64,000 nucleotides of DNA from Nitrososphaeraceae archaeon. Its GTDB lineage: Archaea; Thermoproteota; Nitrososphaeria; Nitrososphaerales; Nitrososphaeraceae. The stretch lies in NCBI GenBank assembly GCA_035250975.1, contig DATFEP010000014.1, forward strand, positions 1 through 64,000. Reading direction: 5' to 3'. This document shows positions 60,182 through 64,000 of this stretch, one piece after another. The first letter of the stretch is position 1; each line of letters starts with the position of its first letter. The translations under genes were made by a program, and so were the position numbers. Under the pieces are notes generated by a model. It saw nothing but the letters and a program-made list of their open reading frames with translations, was not told the origin of the DNA and did not search any database.

Positions 60182-60554
60182 ATTTTAAATCATCTGTATT
60201 GGTTATAATAATTTATACAGTTAGTAAAAGCAATACCAAGTATTTCATTTGAGAATATTTATTCGTTTATATAATTTGAATAAAAAAACAAAGTGCATAA
60301 TAATTCTTTCAAAAATAATAATTTTGTACTTTATTTTTTCTCTAAAAGGTATCAGATCGATTATCATTCTTTGAGATTTCTGTCAGTTTTAATAGTTTTA
60401 CTTTATTTTTAGTATTTGAACAGGATTAGGATGAATTTAAGATAAACTAAATAAACCATAAAACTCTACTGAAAAGATGAGTTATAAACCGTAAAGTACC
60501 TTGTTTATACTTTTTAGTACGAAGTAATAAATAATTTGGTTTTATTTATAAAAT

Positions 60555-60716
60555 ATGAGAAGAAAAAAATCAATATACTGGACAATAGCATCATCTCAGG
60601 AAAACTTTATAGACATAGACAAAGTTGGAAATTCCGAAGATCCTTTTGATGCAACAATAAAGGATATATCCAAGAAATTGAAGAACAAGCGATGTAACAG
60701 TGAAATAAATATTTAA
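60555..60716 (+). CDS. 53-aa possible ribbon-helix-helix microprotein (degenerate; not in ORF track)
   Basis: MRRKKSIYWTIASSQENFIDIDKVGNSEDPFDATIKDISKKL...: TI..S.E.....G...F...I pattern. Confidence 0.4.
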   Translation: MRRKKSIYWTIASSQENFIDIDKVGNSEDPFDATIKDISKKLKNKRCNSEINI

Positions 60717-61465
60717 TTTTTCATTTTTTCATTTTTATCATTATTTCTATTAAAATATTTGACATATGAAGACTTGCGTATAAATCAATAATAGACAAAA
60801 CAAGGTTGAGAAAAAAATCAAACACCAAATTGTTTGCTTACAAATTTCTGACAATCATAACCCCAATCAAGGTTTTGTACAGAATCTCTATACCCTTTGT
60901 AATATTCCAAAGGTAGCCAGCTGATTACACCAGGTACAACCAAATAATTTCGATTAAATCTTTTCAATTCATTACTCAAAATCTGTATAAGAATTACTTA
61001 TAATTCACATCGTTAATGACTTGTATTTTCACAATTTTACTTTTATCCCTATTTGGTTAAGAATCTTTCAATAATTTTCCTGAGATTCTGTCTAAACATT
61101 GACTATGGTAAAATTCTTTTTCAAAATCCTCTATCGTAACTAGTACATAATTTTAAATTTTCGTCAATGAAACGATATTCATGTGTAAAAGAACAATATA
61201 AGTAGAAAAGATTGGTTCGATTAACTACCTTGATCCTTAATTGTTTCTTCAACTTTAGCTTAGAAGAATTTACTTTTAAACAATAACGAATTACTTGAGC
61301 TATTCTTCATATTCTTGCAGGATGATTTTGACCAGATATGGCTACATAATAAGTTTATAATTACTGATTATCTTGGTCTAATGGATTCAACTGATCTGTT
61401 TAAAATGGTTCGTATAATGTTCCGCATGTCATGATTTCTTAAAAACTTTAAAAATAACATTCTAG

Positions 61466-62071
61466 TTATATTTTCGGATCAGAATTTGTTATAGAGAACG
61501 AATTAAATATTTTTTCTACTATTGGCAAAAAATCATAATATTTATCTGGAGGTGTTCCAAACGAGAGCACATAAATATTGTCTTTAACGAAAAATATTTC
61601 GTGAGTCATTACGAATTTTGCAGTCATTGGCTTCAAACCGGCTACGTACGAATACGAAATGGTTCTAGATGGTAGACTATCTTCATCTGTTGTTTTATCA
61701 GATATTAATTTGAACGCAGTGTATGTTTTATTAAATTGATTCAGAGCATCATCTACATATTTTTCAAAAGTAACCTTTTGAGGCAGTTTATTTATACTAA
61801 GAAGAAATTTTTCTTGAATCATGTCACGAGTATCTGAAAATGGGGATATAATCTCAATATTAAAGAGGTTCTCCTCAGATGCAGTTTGTATCTCTGTGAG
61901 ATTCCAACTATCAGGATATTCAATAGAAAAATTGAATCTATTATTATCATATTTTAAAAAAGTAGGTTCATGCTGAGAAAAGGCGAGTAAGTTAGAATTT
62001 AAAACATTCAATATGATAAAAAATAATATAATAAAAATAGATAATATGGTATAAAATCTCCTCATTCTCAT
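61466..62071 (-). CDS. Secreted PsbP-like domain protein
   Basis: Signal peptide; Y......FSIEYP.SW...IYVLSF.....Y..FLP.VEKI.NSF. Confidence 0.8.
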   Translation of the reverse strand: MRMRRFYTILSIFIILFFIILNVLNSNLLAFSQHEPTFLKYDNNRFNFSIEYPDSWNLTEIQTASEENLFNIEIISPFSDTRDMIQEKFLLSINKLPQKVTFEKYVDDALNQFNKTYTAFKLISDKTTDEDSLPSRTISYSYVAGLKPMTAKFVMTHEIFFVKDNIYVLSFGTPPDKYYDFLPIVEKIFNSFSITNSDPKI

Positions 62072-62864
62072 AAAGATAGAATAAAGCCATCCGTAATATA
62101 TTTATCTTGATAGAATGAATTTTTCACGATTTTTGTTTATTTTGGAATATGTTTATTTAAAAATCAAATATGGGTGAGTTTTTTTAATATTAAAAATTGT
62201 CATATCTGTTAGATTTACGATAGTGTCTACTCCATCCCAAATCGGTTTTCATCTTGTTATATTAAAATCATATAGTTATGGCAAGATTCCTATTGATTTT
62301 GGAGGATAATTCAGTATCATTTGAAATAAAATATATCCAATAAACGCTAATGAAAATCCCGGAAAGATATAAGATCTTAAGCTTCGCAAAATAAGTAATG
62401 AACGTTGAATCGGAATTAGTATCTCTGACATGAAATAGGATAAATGATTAAGGATATTTGGTTTTCAGTAATTTATTAGTTAAAAGTCATATTCAGAAAT
62501 ATTATATCTTTATTTTCTCTTAGATATCCCTTATTTTAGTTAACCTGAGATTGTTCAATCATATTTAATAATAACATTTCGGCCACTAAATCTTCTAGAT
62601 GTATCTCTAGGTAGTATTAATCAAACAAATCAAATATGACTAATCAAATAATACATAAATTAATACTTCTATTTGCAATATGAAATTATTCAAAAATGTC
62701 GAGATGACGTTTTATGTTATTTAGCGAATTTATCCCATATTGAGTTGAGAAAAATTGAAGACTGGATTTAAAAGAATTTTCTAAAATTGGACAAAGAACA
62801 TAATAGAAACTTGGAAGATCTCTTATTTTTTCAAGTTAAGGGGTCAATAAATTCTATATTTTTT

Positions 62865-63986
62865 TTAATGACTGGACCCTACTGGCTCATCTTCTATTTT
62901 CCATATATAATGACCTTTCTGCTCATCTTTAGAAACGGTCCACAAATCATAATTTCCACCTGTACGATCTCCTGCTTCATTAAGTTTTATTTTTCCAGAA
63001 ACACCATCAAAAGATTCTGCGGTTTCTATCACAATATCTTTAAAAGTTTTCCTAATGTTTTTCATATCAACATAGTTACTAGTACTATTCTTATCCAAGC
63101 TTAAGGAGGAAATCCAGAAACAATCATAAGCTATCGCAGGATATGTTATTGATTCTGTATTATGTAACTCATTATAGAGTTCCTCAATTAAAGCATGAAT
63201 TTTGGGATTTTTGACATCTATGGAATATAATGGATTAGAAAAATTGGTTTTAATTGCAAATAACGCAGAGTCTATATTCTTTATAATATGATGATTTTGC
63301 GCTATACTATCACTTCCATACCATCTGACATTTCCAAGTGAATGATATATAGGAGATTGAATTAGTATTGGAGTTATTTCATCAAAAGACACTATATACA
63401 CCCCTACTGATTTACTATCGTATTTTTTTATCGCTTCAGCTACAATATTGTTTAATTTTTCAAGATCTTCATTCCACATAATAAAATTAATTCTATGTAA
63501 GCTCGTAGCAAATTTTCCAGTATGTGGCTTGTAGTTTATTCCATCTTCCATTTTACCTCCCAGTTTTTCAAAATGAAATTTGGTAGATTTGTAAAGTTCA
63601 TTTCCATAGATATCCCCTCTCCATATTGGAACGACAACTTTTATACCATCTTTAATCATTCTTTCTGCAATCACTCTCCCTTGGTTAATGTCATCTGGTA
63701 TCAGTCTTAGCAGACTGTCTCCTTTTATAGAAAGTAAGGGAGAAGTACTCGAATAGCTTAGCAATATGATATCATTGGTATCTGCATATTCTTTTACCGC
63801 AGAAACGGCAGTACTGGTTGCAGGACCGACAATGATCTTTGCGCCAAGTGAATGAAGTTGTTTTATCGCCTCAAGAGAGTCCTTTGGATCTGTTTTTGAA
63901 TTAGCCATAACTAGATTGAATCTCGACGAATAATTCATTTTTTCAAAATACTTGTTTACATCATATTCGGCTTTTTCTAGGGCCAC
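62865..63986 (-). CDS. ABC transporter substrate-binding protein (branched-chain amino acid/LivK-like fold); 5' end beyond the window
   Basis: IIVGPATS, LLSYSSTSP.L, LRLIPDD..QG, AYD, F.GVSG.I.LN..GDR. Confidence 0.85.
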   Translation of the reverse strand: MALEKAEYDVNKYFEKMNYSSRFNLVMANSKTDPKDSLEAIKQLHSLGAKIIVGPATSTAVSAVKEYADTNDIILLSYSSTSPLLSIKGDSLLRLIPDDINQGRVIAERMIKDGIKVVVPIWRGDIYGNELYKSTKFHFEKLGGKMEDGINYKPHTGKFATSLHRINFIMWNEDLEKLNNIVAEAIKKYDSKSVGVYIVSFDEITPILIQSPIYHSLGNVRWYGSDSIAQNHHIIKNIDSALFAIKTNFSNPLYSIDVKNPKIHALIEELYNELHNTESITYPAIAYDCFWISSLSLDKNSTSNYVDMKNIRKTFKDIVIETAESFDGVSGKIKLNEAGDRTGGNYDLWTVSKDEQKGHYIWKIEDEPVGSSH

Positions 63987-64000
63987 TTTTATTGGTTTCC

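Noticed and set aside
62276-62431. 51-aa minus-strand hydrophobic ORF (similarly a 31-aa ORF at 13185-13280)
   Set aside because: Could be real microproteins, but there is no motif or other support, so they are not listed as features

Overview
AT-rich (roughly 30% GC by eye) archaeal chromosome segment. It most likely comes from a soil-type ammonia-oxidising archaeon (Nitrososphaerota, Nitrososphaeraceae-like). This is inferred from the gene content (TFB paralogue, exosome Csl4, aCPSF2-type beta-CASP nuclease, UPF0147, class III PhaE/PhaC, cupredoxin, many secreted proteins) and from frequent TATA-proximal TTG starts. Left to right it holds: a molybdenum-cofactor cluster (moeA, TauE-type exporter, moaC-moaB, moaE, moaD, MOSC); a DUF1998 helicase; SDR, TPR and radical SAM genes; parvulin; a DEAD-box helicase; an extended polyhydroxyalkanoate locus; tRNA-Arg(GCG); tmk; a PQQ dehydrogenase; a TFB / class III cyclase / KaiC-GvpD-like ATPase group; several pseudogenes; ogg1, aCPSF2 and csl4; a LamG-discoidin surface protein; nikR; a decayed IS5-family element; an HD(PDE-like)-GNAT fusion; dodecin; a PLP enzyme; a Rieske protein; and an ABC substrate-binding protein cut by the window edge. 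Reading the DNA directly added features missing from the ORF track: a C2H2 zinc-finger microprotein upstream of phaE, a 4-oxalocrotonate tautomerase, other small ORFs, the IS5 relic, and two structured tRNA-like intergenic elements, each with a well-placed TATA box (one TATA sits inside a perfect 34-bp palindrome). The best candidates for undescribed systems are (i) the extended PHA granule/regulation locus, (ii) a cyclic-nucleotide/KaiC signalling module and (iii) the two structured ncRNA candidates. No CRISPR array or rRNA was seen. All family calls come from motif recognition by eye; no database searches were run.
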